This document shows, one piece after another, positions 42,601-56,650 of a DNA stretch of 64,000 nucleotides. Under the pieces are notes generated by a model. It did not search any database and was not told where the DNA came from. It worked only from the letters and a program-made list of their open reading frames with translations. Source of the DNA: the human T2T-CHM13v2.0 reference genome, Homo sapiens; assembly GCF_009914755.1 (NCBI RefSeq), contig NC_060933.1, one strand, 5' to 3'. The position numbers and the translations under genes are program-made. Numbering within the stretch: position 1 is the first letter of the stretch; each line of letters begins with the position of its first letter.

Positions 42601-43720
42601 TAGACAGGCAAGTTTTTAATTTACAGATATTTTCACATCAAATTTGATCCTTTAACTTTGAAAAGGTAAGGTCTTATGAAAAGGTAGGATGATTCCAAAG
42701 TTACAGTTTGTAATATTTGAAGATCAAAACTCCATCTAATAATTTTATAAAAGCTACAGAAATCATATTCAGAAAAGTACACACAAATGTATTCTTCTAC
42801 CTACAAATTCAAAGATTCACATGAACACTGAAGCCCTGTTAAGGAATCAAATAAAAAATAAAAACAAATCCAGTCTGGAAACTGATTTTTTTTTAAATTT
42901 CTCAGTCTAACAACACATGTTTATTTTAAACATTTTGACTCTGTTTCAACAAATACACACACACATACATGCTCACACACATAGTAAAACATAAAAGTAA
43001 TTTTTAAAAATTTTTGACCCAATGTAGAAAGTTTACATTAAAAAGTGAGTGTGATTAAATATACAACTGATGTGAAAGCGTTATTTAAGCTACTAAACAC
43101 GAAGCTTTCAGAAGCGCAAATTTTCAACTGGTTCAAGAAGCTCTAGCATTACTTGTAAAGTGCTGCTCCCTCATGAGTCCTGGATAAAGGTAGCTAAAAA
43201 TACTGGATTCACATACTTTTTAAACAAGAGCATCTCATGTGTTTTAAGCTATTGGATTCCTAGCTCCATTTCAGTCAATATGGGTTATCATTTACAAAGA
43301 AATAAACAACTGATCTGCAGAAATAACGCAGAATCTAATCTAAATAACCAGCTCATACTTTTAACATTAGACATCATCACACTATGATGTATTTGACTGT
43401 GATTATGAAATGGCTCAGTTAATTCCACCTTTACATTACCACCCACTGGTATTGTGAAGAGTATGTGGACTAGAATGATTTTTGTTACTTCTGTAATTGA
43501 TAAACTCTGAGAACTCATTTATTTCCTATTAGTCTCCTTAAAGAAATCAGTAAGCTTCTCTTTAAGTAACCAGCAAGTAACAAGAATGTGTGCAGCAATC
43601 AAGTCTCAGGACTGCACTATTTTGTCAGTTCTTAACCCACATGATCAAATAAAATATGCTTTCTCTCCAGGATGTGCATGTCATGAACCACTGAATATAA
43701 TGCTGTTGAAAAGGATCATG

Positions 43721-44028
<308 letters not shown>

Positions 44029-44849
44029 AAGGAATTATGAAGCATAGCACATGTACATTAATATGATTTGAAAGTCTTATTTCATTACATGTTTTCCATC
44101 ATATTGAATTAACATCATATCACAGTTAGCTATTGTTTATCCTAATAAGAAAATATGTAGTGTAATTAAATCTCTGTCTCATATTTATAAAAACAGATAT
44201 AATTTGGGACAGCAGATTAACTCCTATGAAATGACTAAGAATGACTAATACAGAGGACAGTTCACAGAGTAACTTCCCCAGGCACTTTTTACACATTCAA
44301 TTATTCTCTTGCTTTGTGTGTGTGTGTGTATCCTTACTGAATGTGACACACATACAGAGATAAAGATATTATTTCACGCTATCTTTCTCTTTCTCCACAC
44401 ATATATATATACACACATATATATTTAATTTAAATTTTTCATTTCTAAGTAAATAGAAAATATGCTATGCTTGGGGGTTAAGAAAATATACATGAGATAC
44501 ACTCCATTTTCAAATCTCATATTAGGCTCTTTCCCTTTTATCTTTGAGAATTTCATCTTTAAAAATAAGTTACTATATTCATAAAGTGTATTTGAGACAT
44601 AGCTTTATTATCTTTAAACATCATTCCAGGTAGAGCCTTACTTATCATCTAATTCACCATCTAATAGCTTTTTGAAAAGCACAATATGATTATGTAGTCA
44701 TGAATTTTATATTTTACTTCTTGGAATGTTTTGGACTGTAGGGAGTTGTACAGCATTTAGTCATAATTTCTTTTATTTATTTTGAAAATCAGGGAATTCC
44801 TTATTGTATGTAATAGTATATATAGTACAGTAACTGTTAAAACTACATG

Positions 44850-45250
44850 CTTATTGACTTGTAAGAATTCTTTATATAATCTGGATACAAGTCCTTTGTC
44901 AGATATATATATATTATATATATATAATATATATATATAAATTTTGTCTTATTCTGGGTCTTGTTTTTTGTTTGCTGAATACTAACTTTTGAAGAATGAG
45001 TTTTGAATTTGCTCATCGTTCATGTATTATTTTTATAGCTCAATTTTTTGTGTCCTAAGAAATCTTTGCTACTCGGCACAAAGATTTCCTCCTATGTTCT
45101 CTTCTAAAAACTTTACAATTTTAGTTTTTCCATTTAAGTGTGTGATCAGGTTGAGTTAATTTTTTAGCATAATGTGAGGAAAGAGTCAATGTTCATTTTA
45201 TTTTATGTGAAAATCCAATGCTCCCAGCACCATTTGTCAAAGAGACTTTC
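44850..45250 (-). mobile_element. L1M ORF2 3' fragment with a (TA)n tract
   Basis: TCTGGATACAAGTCCTTTGTCAGATATA and CCAGCACCATTTGT. Confidence 0.75.
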
Positions 45251-46067
45251 TTTATTACATGTGATAATAGATAAAATAAAATAACTGAAAAACCTACATG
45301 CTTTGGGAGAATATCTTAAGTTTTACAAAGTGTATTCTTTACCCATGTGAAGTTATATCTTTGTCACACCACTTACCATAAATTCTTGTTTTTTTGCTTG
45401 TTGCAGCACTATCAGTAGAGCAAGGTATGATATCAGCTAACCACAGAGAAAAAATTTAATGTCGGAATTGGGTAGAAAATAGGGAGAATGTTAAAGGTGG
45501 TAATCATCAACCATTGCATCAGTTTCTTTCATATGAATATCCACCAAGAAGCATATGACCTCAATAGACCAAAGAGAAACCCATAGATGACAACCAATAA
45601 ATATTAATTTACTATTCACTGTCTAGAGCATGTCCACATCCACAAGATATTCAAGGAACTGTCCTATGACTCATGAAATGTTCATCATTATTTTATTTAT
45701 GTCATCTGTTGTATGAACAACACAACAAATTTCATCTCATTAGGTAGGCTTGATGTTTCTAACCTAGCTTGTGTTCCATTTTGTTTTCTCATGCCACAGC
45801 TGAAGCTATGTATTTAATCTGTTTACTTCTGCAATTGGAGGGATATCTCCACTAGCCATTCACTTACCTAATACAAGTTATTAATTTATCAACATCACCT
45901 ATACATGAAAGTTCCATCTCATTTTAGATAAATATTCACATATATATTCCATTAATGATCTCAATAATCATAGCTAATGATTACATTACAAATAACCAAA
46001 AATTAATCAGTAGCAGTGGAACCAAAGTAGACCAGAAGTTGCCATATAAAACTTTCCCTTCTGAAAA

Positions 46068-46070
<3 letters not shown>

Positions 46071-46102
<32 letters not shown>

Positions 46103-46110
46103 AGAGAGAG
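46071..46110. repeat. A29 followed by (GA)n
   Basis: Read directly. Confidence 0.95.
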
Positions 46111-46554
46111 AATAACAACTATAAGAAATACTAAGAGAAAGTGGTATTAGGATTAAAAGCTGAATTATACCATTTCTTTCTTGTTTGTTTACCTCTTCTT
46201 ATCGACAGGTGGAATATTTAAGAAACATGTTCAACAAGCATTACAGGTCATAGCATAGTATTAAAGGAACTGTTTTTTTTATTTTATCCTAAAACCTCTT
46301 TTTCCCTAGTATTCCCTCCAGTGCTTGATTCTTTATATACTATGGGACTCAGCTTTTATGTTTAAATTATTGTACTAAGTTTTCTGCCTTATGTATCATA
46401 TAAACGCAGTAGTTTAAATATCTTTCATGTATTTTTTAAAAAACTATTTTATCATTTATCTAAAAACTTTTCATTTTAACAATAATGCATAATTATACAT
46501 TATCTAGTTATACTTTATGCATTTTTTAAAAAGTATATATATTTGACTAAATAT

Positions 46555-46680
46555 TATGTACAATACATCTCACTTACAGATGAGAAAATTGAAGTTCAGA
46601 GAAACTGGTTTGCCCAAGAGAGTGACATAAGACATAAAGATGAGATTCAAACCCAGGCCTACATGACTTGGTTTTCTGTT
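46555..46680 (-). mobile_element. MIR
   Basis: TTACAGATGAGAAAATTGAAGTTCAGAGA..GATTCAAACCCAGG. Confidence 0.8.
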
Positions 46681-49574
46681 TTCATCATTTATGTTGGACT
46701 CTATAAAGTGGTCCTTATTAATAGTGTCCTCTTCTGCAATTCAGCTATGAATACATTGAGAAATAAAAGAAGAAATAGAAGACTGGGGTTAGTATATTAA
46801 CTTAACCCCCCAAAAAAGGCAAGGTAGGAAGAAGCAGTTTACTGTGGGAACCACTGCATCTGCTAACTGAACCCTAGCGTCAGGCTTACTGACCTGCACG
46901 GTCATGGGCACGCAGGACCACAGGAAGCCTCCCTTTGCTAGCAAAGGCAGAGCTCTCCCCTAGAGAAGCAGATAAAACATTCAGTTATGCTAGGATGCAT
47001 AAAAGGTTTAACTGAGATAAGCCCCTCAGGGCAGAGTGTGCGAGGGAAAGCCATGGGGGTGCATACCAAAATCTGTCTTCATTGAAATCAGTAATAAGAA
47101 AAAGCAATCCCAGCTAATGCTTTACTCTAGTGAGTTTGACATAAAAGAAAACTATTTCTTTTATTGAAGAAAAAATATTTGTTTCTAAAAACTCTGCGAA
47201 AGCATATATTCTATGAAAGTAATATTCTTAATCCTAAAGAGCTTAAATCTCTTGAACTATGTTTCTCATATAAATCTTATATAGGGAAAAATCAAATATC
47301 TCATTCTCTGAAAATACATAAAATAAAAATAATAAAAAGAAAATGAACCAAATTAAGTGTTTAGAGAACTGTGACATTTTTATCAGCTATATATTAAATT
47401 TTATATTTGTTTTGGTAAAATAAATTACTTTGTTAAAATCTTAAAACCCTTACAATTAATGAACCCTATATTTCTTAGAGTAAATGTAAATTTCTTGTCA
47501 TGTGAAAATTATTTCAAAAGGAATGTATATAAATATTAACAAGTTCAAATGAATCTATGACTAAGTTTATTTCAATATTGCTATTAAAATTTATTTTCTT
47601 ACTTCAATGCCTCTGGTTCTGTTATATACTGAAAACTATGCAGGATGTCAATGAAATAGGACTTCATGAAGGAGTGGGTGGTCATCGTTGAACCCTAGCC
47701 TTATACTGCCTATTGTTTGGGCTTCCCTATCATGCAGGAATACCTCAAAAAATACAATTACATTTTCCCAATTTTTAAAGATATCTAAAATTTTATAATG
47801 TTAGTAATTACTTGATTTGAATTCTAACCTCTTTGTATTGTAGGTTGATCCAATTTAATCAAAGGTCTGTCTTCATATAAATAGCAATGTCTCTGCCATA
47901 GAAGTCATGCTATATCTTTGATCATGAAGGCCATAGTCATTCCATCGAGACTGATTCTGATAAATATCAATTGACTTTATTTAACCAGTAATGTATATTA
48001 TCATTTAATTGGAACACATTTGCATGGCATTTTTAATTAATATTGTGTTAACTATCCGTTGTACTCAATTTCTCTATATCTACTGTCCTCAGTGCCAAAA
48101 TTCAAGAAAAACACATTAAAATATGCAATAAAATAAGTTCATTATATTTGATAATAAAGGCACAGTTCTGATAAGCCCGTAGTTATTAGTGAATAAGAAA
48201 ACTGAAAATGGTTTCCTTTCTCTCTTTCTAATTTCAATGCTTATACTATGTAGGAAGTAAATATAATAAAACACTATCAGTAAACAGCTTAAAATTATGC
48301 TTTCATCAATTTATTTCATGAATAATATCTAGCAGGGTTTTTTTTAGTGACAAATGGCCAATTGATTTGAATTAAAATGATACAATCTTAAGGTCTGTGA
48401 GGCAGAAGAGGCTAGATTCCTCTGGAAAACTGAAGATGAACTGTTAAGTCAATCATCTTAGCCAAGAATGAAAACAACTGTTCTGAGAAACTTAATGAAC
48501 ACTAAATTCAGATAATATCAACATATGCTTGAACTGCCTTTATCATATAAAGATTTTCATATCATCAGGAAACATAGGAACTACCCCGAATAGTTTTTTC
48601 AACTTCCAAACTGAAATATGACTAGACTATCTGACAATTCTAAATAATGATGGTGCTATCTGGTAAATTATAGCATCTATATTTTTACCTATATAATTAT
48701 TTTTACCATCTGTGGAAAATTTCATACATGCAGGTAAGAATAGATAATAAAATAGTAGACAAACAATATGTATCACAGTGTTATAAAAATCTGAAGACTA
48801 AGGCACAACTTTTAACATTTTTATTTAAAAGAGAAAAAAAAGGATAGTATAAGCCACCTGTTCACTCTCCCCAGTCTCACCTTTCTTTCCTCTAGCAGCA
48901 GTGTTGTTTCTGTGCACATTTACTACGTATTTATGTATCCTCAAATATTAAATAAAATCGTTTTACAGTATTTACATTTTAGACAAATGGCATTACATAA
49001 TGTTTTATACATAAATTGCTTTAAGAACAGCATAATATTTTGAGATTTGTCTGTTGGTAGATAGTTGCTGTAATTCATTAACTTAAAATGACGCATTTTT
49101 CCACGAAAACAACATTTTAAAAATATTTCTAGTTTCCTGTTAGTATGTTGAGATTATTCCCATTATTTTTTCTTAAAAATGCTTTAATACATATTTTGTA
49201 AATTCACAAGTTCACCTTTCATTTCTGTGATATGCCAGACATAGTCATGATGTCTTTTAGATTTTATATATTGCTAGACAGGGTTTGCTAATATTTTGTT
49301 GAGAATTTTTGCATCTGGGTTTATAAATACTATTTGTCTGTAATTTTCTTCTGTCAGATTTTGGTATCAAGATTATGCTGTTCTCAGGAAACTAGTAGTA
49401 ATTTTTTTTCCTTTTGGTCTATTCCCAAGAAGACTTTGCGTAAGACTGTCATTATTTCTTCCTTAAACGTTAGTAGATAGCCTGGCATTTTCTATTTTTG
49501 TGAGATTTTTATTTACACTCTCAATGAATCTCTTTAGTCCTTACAGTTATGACATCTTTTTCTATGTTATTTTA

Positions 49575-49904
49575 TTATGTATTTATTTATTTTATTTTTT
49601 ATTTACTCTTTTTTTTTTTGAGATGGAGTCTCACTCTGTTGCCCAGGCTGGAGTGCAACAGCATGATCTCGGCACACTGCAACCTCCACCTCCCAGATTC
49701 AAGTGCCTCAGCCTCCTGCCTCAGCCTCCTGAGTAGCTGGGACTACAGGTGCATGCCACCATGCCTGACTAATTTTTGTATTTTTAGTAGAGATGGGGTT
49801 TCACCATGTTGGTTGGGATGGTCTTGAACTCCTGACCTCGTGATCCACCTGGCCTCAGCCTCTGAAAGTGCTGGGATTACAGGCGTGAGCCACCGCACCA
49901 GGCC
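49575..49904 (-). mobile_element. AluS (Sg-like)
   Basis: Dimer; GACCTCGTGATCC; small internal duplication of TGCCTCAGCCTCC. Confidence 0.93.
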
Positions 49905-50580
49905 ACTATTTTATTTTTTAATATTTCATTTGATTTTAAATTGACAGATAAAATTACAAGTGCATTTAAAAGTATGTATGTACATTGTGGGATGACTAAA
50001 TCTACCCTAATTAACATGTAATATTTTTATTACAATATTTAATTATGAATATTGCTATTGAAATATAATGTGAAACAATTTACAATTTTGATTCATTCTT
50101 GTTTACATTTAGGTTATTTACATGTTTCTAGAAATTCATACATTTTATTTAAATGTTCCAGTGAATGGGATAAAGTCATTTTATTCTTTTATGTGCTTTT
50201 GAATCACTCCAGAGTCTACAGTACTCTTCCCTATTATATTCCTGAAACTGGTTATTTGTACATTTTCTTTCATTTTTTCTTCCTTAACACGTCTCCACAA
50301 GCTGTTGTTAATTTTGATAGTTTTAGCAAAGACCTGATTCTGCTTTATTAATTTTTAAAATTATAGTTTCTATTCTATTTTATTGAGTTTAATTTTCCAT
50401 TTAATATGGTTTCATTAATTTTTTTGGATTAATCTGCATTTTTTCAAATTTTATTTCCTAAATCCTTGGCTACTTTCAGCCCTTCTTCTTTCCTTGAATG
50501 TGCATTTAAGACTAAAAATTTTCCTGGAGGCAAGATTCAACTGCAACATATTTATTTTGACATGTTTCAGTTTGATTATA

Positions 50581-51280
50581 CAGTAGCCCCTCCTTATCCA
50601 TGGGAGATACATTCCAAGAGACCCTGCTGATGGCTGAAACCATGGATGGTACCAAATCCTACATAGACTATGTCTTTTCCTACATACATACCGATGATGA
50701 AGTTTAATTTATCAATTAGGCACAGTAAGAGATTAACAACAATAATCATAAAATAGAACAACAATAATAATATACTGTAATAAAAGTTACGTGAATTTGC
50801 TTTCTCTCTCTCTCAAAATATCTTATTGCAGAGTATCTTCTTATTATGATGCTGTGAGATGATGAAGTGTTCTTGTGACGAGATGAAGTGAGGTGAACAA
50901 CATACTCATTTTGACATAGCATTAGGCTACTATTGACCTTCTGCCCATATGCCAGAAGGAGGATTATCTAATTTGGGTGATCCTGGATTATCTAGCCATG
51001 ACCATGCTGATGGCTGGACGTTTAGAGCAGATGATGTGGATGACTAACGGGTGGGTAGCTTTGACAGTGTAGACAAGCTAAACAAAGGGATGATTTACAA
51101 TCACGGCAGGGTGAAGCCAGATGGTGCAAAATTTCATTATGCTACTCAGAATGGTGCACAATTGAAAACCTGTAAATTGTTTATGTCTAAAACTTTCAAT
51201 GTAGTAATATTTTTGAACCATGGTTGACTGCAGGTAACTGAAATCGCAGAAAGTGAAAACTCAGACAAGGTGGACTACTA
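50581..51280 (-). mobile_element. MER44 (Tigger7-derived)
   Basis: TA-flanked TIRs CAGTAGCCCCTCCTTATCC / GACAAGGTGGACTACTA. Confidence 0.88.
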
Positions 51281-51354
51281 TACTGTATTTCTGTTTAAAA
51301 TATTTTCTGATTTGCATTGTTGTTATCTTGGACATGTGTGTTATTTACAGAAGT

Positions 51355-51632
51355 ATTACTATTATTATTACTATTTTTTCTTTTTTTGAGATGGAGTCTC
51401 GCTCTGTTGCCCAGGCTGGAGTGCAGTGAGTGATCTCAGCTCACTGCAACCTCCGCCTCCCAGGTACAAGCAGATTCTCCTGCCTCAGCCTCCCAAGTAG
51501 CTGGGACTACAGGCACACACCACTACATCCAGCTAATTTTTGTATTTTTAGTAGAGACGGTGTTTCACCATGTTTGCCAGGATGGTCTTAATCTCTTGAC
51601 CTCAGGTGATCCACCTACCTCGGCCTCCCAAA
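51355..51632 (-). mobile_element. AluS, 5'-truncated
   Basis: Stops at CGGCCTCCCAAA. Confidence 0.93.
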
Positions 51633-52021
51633 CAAATGCATTATTTAATTTCTAAAATATGATCTTTTTCTAATTATCTGATTGCTTTCTTAAATCCATA
51701 GGTCTGCAGTTTTCTTATACATATTCTGCATGACTTAATTTATATTTGCTAACGTTCCAGCATATGATCAATTTTCATAAAAATTGCACTTGAAAATTAT
51801 GCATGTTCTCTAATTTGAAGATGTAGTAGTCTCTACATATCAACTAGAACAAATTTATAATTTGTGGTGTTCAAATCTTAACACTTAGTGGGTTTTTCTT
51901 TTCCCTTACTACTCGGTTACTGACAGAGGTGTGTTAAAACCTTTAGTTATAATTCTTGATTTTCTTATTTCTTTTTTGACTTCTCTGGATTTTTGCTTTA
52001 TGTATTTAAATGCGATATGAC

Positions 52022-52203
52022 TATTCTGTCCATTATAGTAACCACTTGCCACATGTGTCTACTAAAATTAAAATTCAGGTCTCACTCACAATAATCAGAT
52101 TTCAAATGCTCAATATCTACATATTGGAAAGTGGCTTTTATATCAGACAGTGCAGATATAGAACATTTCTATCTTTCCAGAAAATTATGTTGGACAGTAC
52201 TGC
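52022..52203 (-). mobile_element. MER3 (hAT-Charlie MITE)
   Basis: GACAGTGCAGATATAGAACATTTC..TTGGACAGTACTG. Confidence 0.8.
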
Positions 52204-53465
52204 TATGGAATTACATTTATAAAAATTTAGACTTCTTATATCTTCCCGAAAAATTAAAAAACAAATATCATTGTCAATAGCCTGTCTGTATGTAGAAATC
52301 CTTCTTTCTTCAAATCTGGTTTTCTAATGTTAGGGTAATTATACAAAATTTATTTTGGATAGTTTTTGTATGTTAGATTTTGCTCCATTTCTTAATTTTT
52401 ACTCTTTATGTGTGCTTACACTTTAAATTTGTTTTTTTTTTAGACAGAAAATAGTGGACTGAAGTGGTTCTAAATAAATTTACTTTAATAGTAATATACT
52501 TGGGTTCAAATCTGACATTTGATTATGTGCTTTCCACTCTATATTTATTTTCCCCTAATTTCTTATTTTTAGATTTTCTATTTTTTGTCAATCCATGTGT
52601 GTCTTGAAAATATATACAGTTTATTATTACTATTTTTGCAATGGTTTAGAACATATACATTTCAGAACATACATACTTTGGTATTGTTACTATTTTTGTA
52701 ATGCTTACCTTCCAAAGTACAACCTGCATCCTTAAATTAAAGATAGTAAACATCTGGTCCTCTCAACAGATAAGAAAAGAGCCTAGAATACTTCAATTCA
52801 GTTTTTAACCTCTGAGCTTATATAATATTGTTCTTATTATATGTGTATAGATACAAACACATATAAAATATATTTATGTATATATTTGAAACTTCACAAA
52901 CCATTTTATTTATATGATTTTTTTAAAGTATCACTACAGAGGTATCTTTGTTTCTATTAATTCCTTAATTTCCTCTATTTTTATATTACAGAATTAATTA
53001 GGAAATTTACCTTCCTGACTAAAGTACATTCCTTAGATATTCTTTAATCTATATCTTTTAGTGGGAAACTTCATTTTTGTTTGTCTGAATTTTGCCTTAA
53101 TTCCTGAAATTTTAAAAAATTCTTAAAAAATGTTTTGCTGAATTTAGAGTTCTACAAAGCAATTAGAGTGAAGATATCTTTGTGTTGTCTTTTCCTCGCA
53201 TCTTGAACAGAGAAGTCCTCTGTTGTATCATTGCCGCTCCTTTAATGGCAATTTGCCTTTTTTTCCCCTGCTGGCTCCATTTTGGATTTTCTTCTTATTC
53301 TGGCTTTTCTCTAGTTTACTTCTGATATGTTTTGGTATTGATATTTATTTTCACTTATCATTTTAAGAGCTTGTCAGAATTACTAAATCTTTGATTGAGA
53401 TATTCCAATATTGATTCTGCTCCTTTCTGTATCTCTCCTTCTCTGGCAAGCTCATGTTAGACTTT

Positions 53466-53935
53466 TGTTACTGAGCCAAACTGGGTTTATTTGCCTGTGC
53501 ATAACAAAAAGCCAGATGCCAAAACACTGGATTTTTACAGTGAGAATAGTTTATTGCAAGTTGACTGGCAAGAAGACAGAAAAAAAAATGCTCAAATCTG
53601 TCTCCCCAAGATGGGGACTAGGTTGGGTTTTATAAGCATAGAATAATGGGGTTGTGATCTGATTAGATCTTTCAATGAGATGATGTCGAGAGGCATGATA
53701 TAACTGAATCCTGCAGGGGCTGATGGCAGAGTATAATCTGATTGGATCCTGCATCCTGCCATGTGATGTCTACTTCTTAATTCAGCTCCTACACCTCATT
53801 CCGAGCACTTAGGTTCCCCATGTGGTTGCATACTTTATCTGGGTGGGCTCAGGTTATGTGACCTGAGCATCCATGACAACTGAAAAACAACTTACAAACA
53901 TATTACATAAACCAAATTAGTCTGGTGCAGCTACA
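53466..53935 (-). mobile_element. 3' LTR of a class I ERV (MER66-like)
   Basis: TG..CA termini, AATAAA read as TTTATT at about 53550, and a polypurine tract next to 53936. Confidence 0.75.
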
Positions 53936-54689
53936 AACCCCCCTGTTTTATATCCATTCCTCAGTCTTGAGGAAAGATGGGCAATAATTACTCTAGCTAC
54001 TTCCTGTTGATTTGGGGCTATTTCCTTTTGGTTCGCTTAGAGGAATAAAATTGTTTAGCACTTTGCTGTAGTTGTTCCCTGATATCAGGGTTATGTTTCA
54101 GATAGAGTTGTTTTGACTGGTTTCTAGGGAAAGTCATAAGGAGTTGACAACTTAAACATTATTTTTTCAAGAGAACAAAGGGAACACTTGGGTTTTCTAG
54201 CCAAAGTTTCCACCCACATTCCTAATCAAGTCTGCTTAAGCAAATGAAGGACTGAAAGTTGAAAATCAGTAGTTCTGATTGGTCCATGCAGCAGCACCCT
54301 GTCTGGCTGATGCAGATAAGCTTTAATTGACTCCTTTAGGTGAGTCCTGAAAGTCCCAAAGATAAAAGGTGTGGGCTTTCGGGAACTCAGAGCATGTGTG
54401 GTACCTCCAGTTAGCTAATGGCTGCTTTGCTCTATTTTAAATTTAGGCCCAGTTAGCCACTCAGAACCTATCTCGAAGAATTGGTTCAAACCTGTCCCCA
54501 GACATCACTACATTTCATTATGGCTGTAACTTGTTCTTTCAGTAACTTGCTCTGGGCACAAGCAACCTGCTTTAAGTCCGTCTAGTCCCACACATGGATC
54601 CTAGTAGCAGGTCAGTGGCCAACTGAGCAACTAAAGCCATTTACTATACTTACGAGAGGCACTCAGGTGCCTATTAGATTTGAATCAAA

Positions 54690-55600
54690 GTCCCTTGAGT
54701 TAAGTTAGTTCCAGTTTCCAGTTGAGGTGAGTTTAAAGTCTCAAGGATTAGGTCAGCACAATTCTGGTGGGGGTCTCCTGCAGACATCTCTTAAAACAGG
54801 CTAAAACAATTTTAATGAGGAGCCTAGCCCAAATGTGAGGAGCATCATTAAGACCTTCTTAGGCCAAATATGAAAAGGATCACTGAGACCTGTATGGCAG
54901 ACCACAGGACAAGAAAATCCTCTTCCAGGGGAAATCAGCTGAAAATATCTTGTCATTGAAAATTTAACCCAGTGAGTTCAGCCAGGAGGCTTTCTGAAGG
55001 TGTTGCTTCTAGAGATTTGGCTGGTTTTGAGATCTTAGATGTTCCCAATTCAACCTGACTAAAACTATTTATGCAGGTGCAGTAGCAAAGTTAACAATAG
55101 CACGAACACCACCCTGTGTGGTGAGGTGATAGCCCAAAACAATGTAGTTGTCTAGGACACATGAACAAGGGAGTCTAGGGACCTCTGTTGTTCCTTGGTG
55201 GCTCAGGCAGTAAAGTGAGCAATTCTGTCAACAGTGAAGCAAAGATTTCTGACCATATATTTATTCCAAGCAGAACCTAGTCAAAACCAGGACCTCAGAA
55301 ACCTTCCTAATCTAGCTCCTCACTAGAGTTAGTCCCTTCAGGCAAATTGCATTGTTGAAAGTTTCCCCAGTTATAATCTAAGGGTTATCATCAGTGTTGG
55401 ATTGTGCCCCAAGACTCTCAAGTAACTCTTGGAGAGGAGGGAGGGTAGTCCTCGTAAGCTTAACGGAATAGATAGAAATTTGGATAAAAGATGCTTCTGT
55501 GGAAAAATCTCCTGGTGAGGATAACTTAAGCATTATCTCCCATTTTGGAAGCAGGAAACATGGACCTGGCATGTTTCTAAGAAGTCCCTTCCCCAGAGCT
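54690..55600 (-). pseudogene. Degenerate ERV1 env (end of SU plus TM)
   Basis: Manual translation across frameshifts: heptad MVRNL..QQRSLDSL, ISD-like VLDNYIVLGYHL..QG, CX6CC-like region ending CTCINSFSQVE, then a hydrophobic anchor and LACFKRCLQ tail. Confidence 0.75.
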
Positions 55601-55692
55601 GTATGAAGACTGATGGTAAAAGAAGACACAATGATTGTCAGTCAGGGGTCCTGGTGAAAGAAGAAACAATGATTGTCAGTCAGAGGTCCTAG

Positions 55693-56650
55693 TTAGAAGG
55701 GGATCAGTACAGATTTAGAAATCCTCATAGGTTTGTTTGCTACCTCGACTATCTGCATGAATTCAAAACTCTGGGAAGGGAGCGTTGAATGCGTGCCAGG
55801 GTTAAGGAGGACTAATGAAAGGATCTCGGGCCATTCCAGGCTAAACACTGCACAGATATTTGCCAACTGGACTTTTATTATCCCATTGGTTTGCTTCACC
55901 TGCCCAGATGACTGGGAGTAGTAAGCATAATGGAGATGTTGATAAATAGGCTAAATCTGACAAATATTTTAAATAATTCTACCTGTCAAATCAGTTCCTC
56001 AGTCACTGTGAGGCTCTGGAGAGACTCCCCAGATTGGTATAATTTTTCCAATAGGGCCTTAGCTACTGCCTTGCCTATGGCCTGCCAACAGGGAAAGGCT
56101 TTAACCCAACTTGAAAACATGTAACTTCCCTGGGCCACATTGGAAGAATAATTGTCTTAGGCCACACATAACATACACTAATGATAGCTGATGAGCTTAA
56201 CGACAACAGCAACAACAATAACAAAGGTCTGTGCATAAATCTCATGTTTTAAGAAAGTTTACAAATTTGTGTTGGGCAGCATTAAAAGCTTTCCTGGGCT
56301 GCATGTGGCCACGCACCACTAGCTGGACAAGCTTTATGTAAACCATAACTAGCATATTCTGGTTTTCCTGAGAGGTGGGGAGCCAAATAAAATCTTGCTG
56401 CCATACTTCAAAGGGACCATTCAGTAATGGGAAGCGGCCCTTGGAGGAATGTAATGTTTTTTTCAGTACTGTATTTTGGACAAATTTTATATAGTTGGTA
56501 TACCCAGTGGACACTGATGGGAGAGGGGCCCTGAAAATTTTGCTTTTCCCCTTGGGCCATTTTAACAGTGTTTCGGCAGGTAACCTCATAGTTTGCTAGG
56601 TGGCTTGTGATGTGAATTGAGGAGAGCCTAAACAGAGTATGGAACACAGT
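55693..56650 (-). pseudogene. Degenerate ERV1 pol integrase domain, split by MER30
   Basis: GPFEVWQQDFI (first D), WVKAFP, HSD*GT (second D) and SQSSGQVKQTNGIIK (E replaced by K). Confidence 0.88.
56125..56335 (+). mobile_element. MER30 (hAT-Charlie) missing its left TIR
   Basis: CTTCCCTGGGCCACATTGGAAGAA..AAGAAAGTTTACAAATTTGTGTTGGG..GGACAAGCTT; flanks ATGTAA / ATGTAAAC. Confidence 0.92.

Larger units (their letters stand above)
48850..53465 (-). mobile_element. Fragmented old L1M/L1ME with nested elements; related sequence continues at about 57120-58265
   Basis: TTTGCTAATATTTTGTTGAGAATTTTTGCATCT, TTACTGACAGAGGTGTGTTAAA and ORF1-like sequence at 53000-53465. Confidence 0.7.

Noticed and set aside
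55378-55629. Possible intact env or syncytin-like gene
   Set aside because: Multiple stops and frameshifts, and most of SU is missing.
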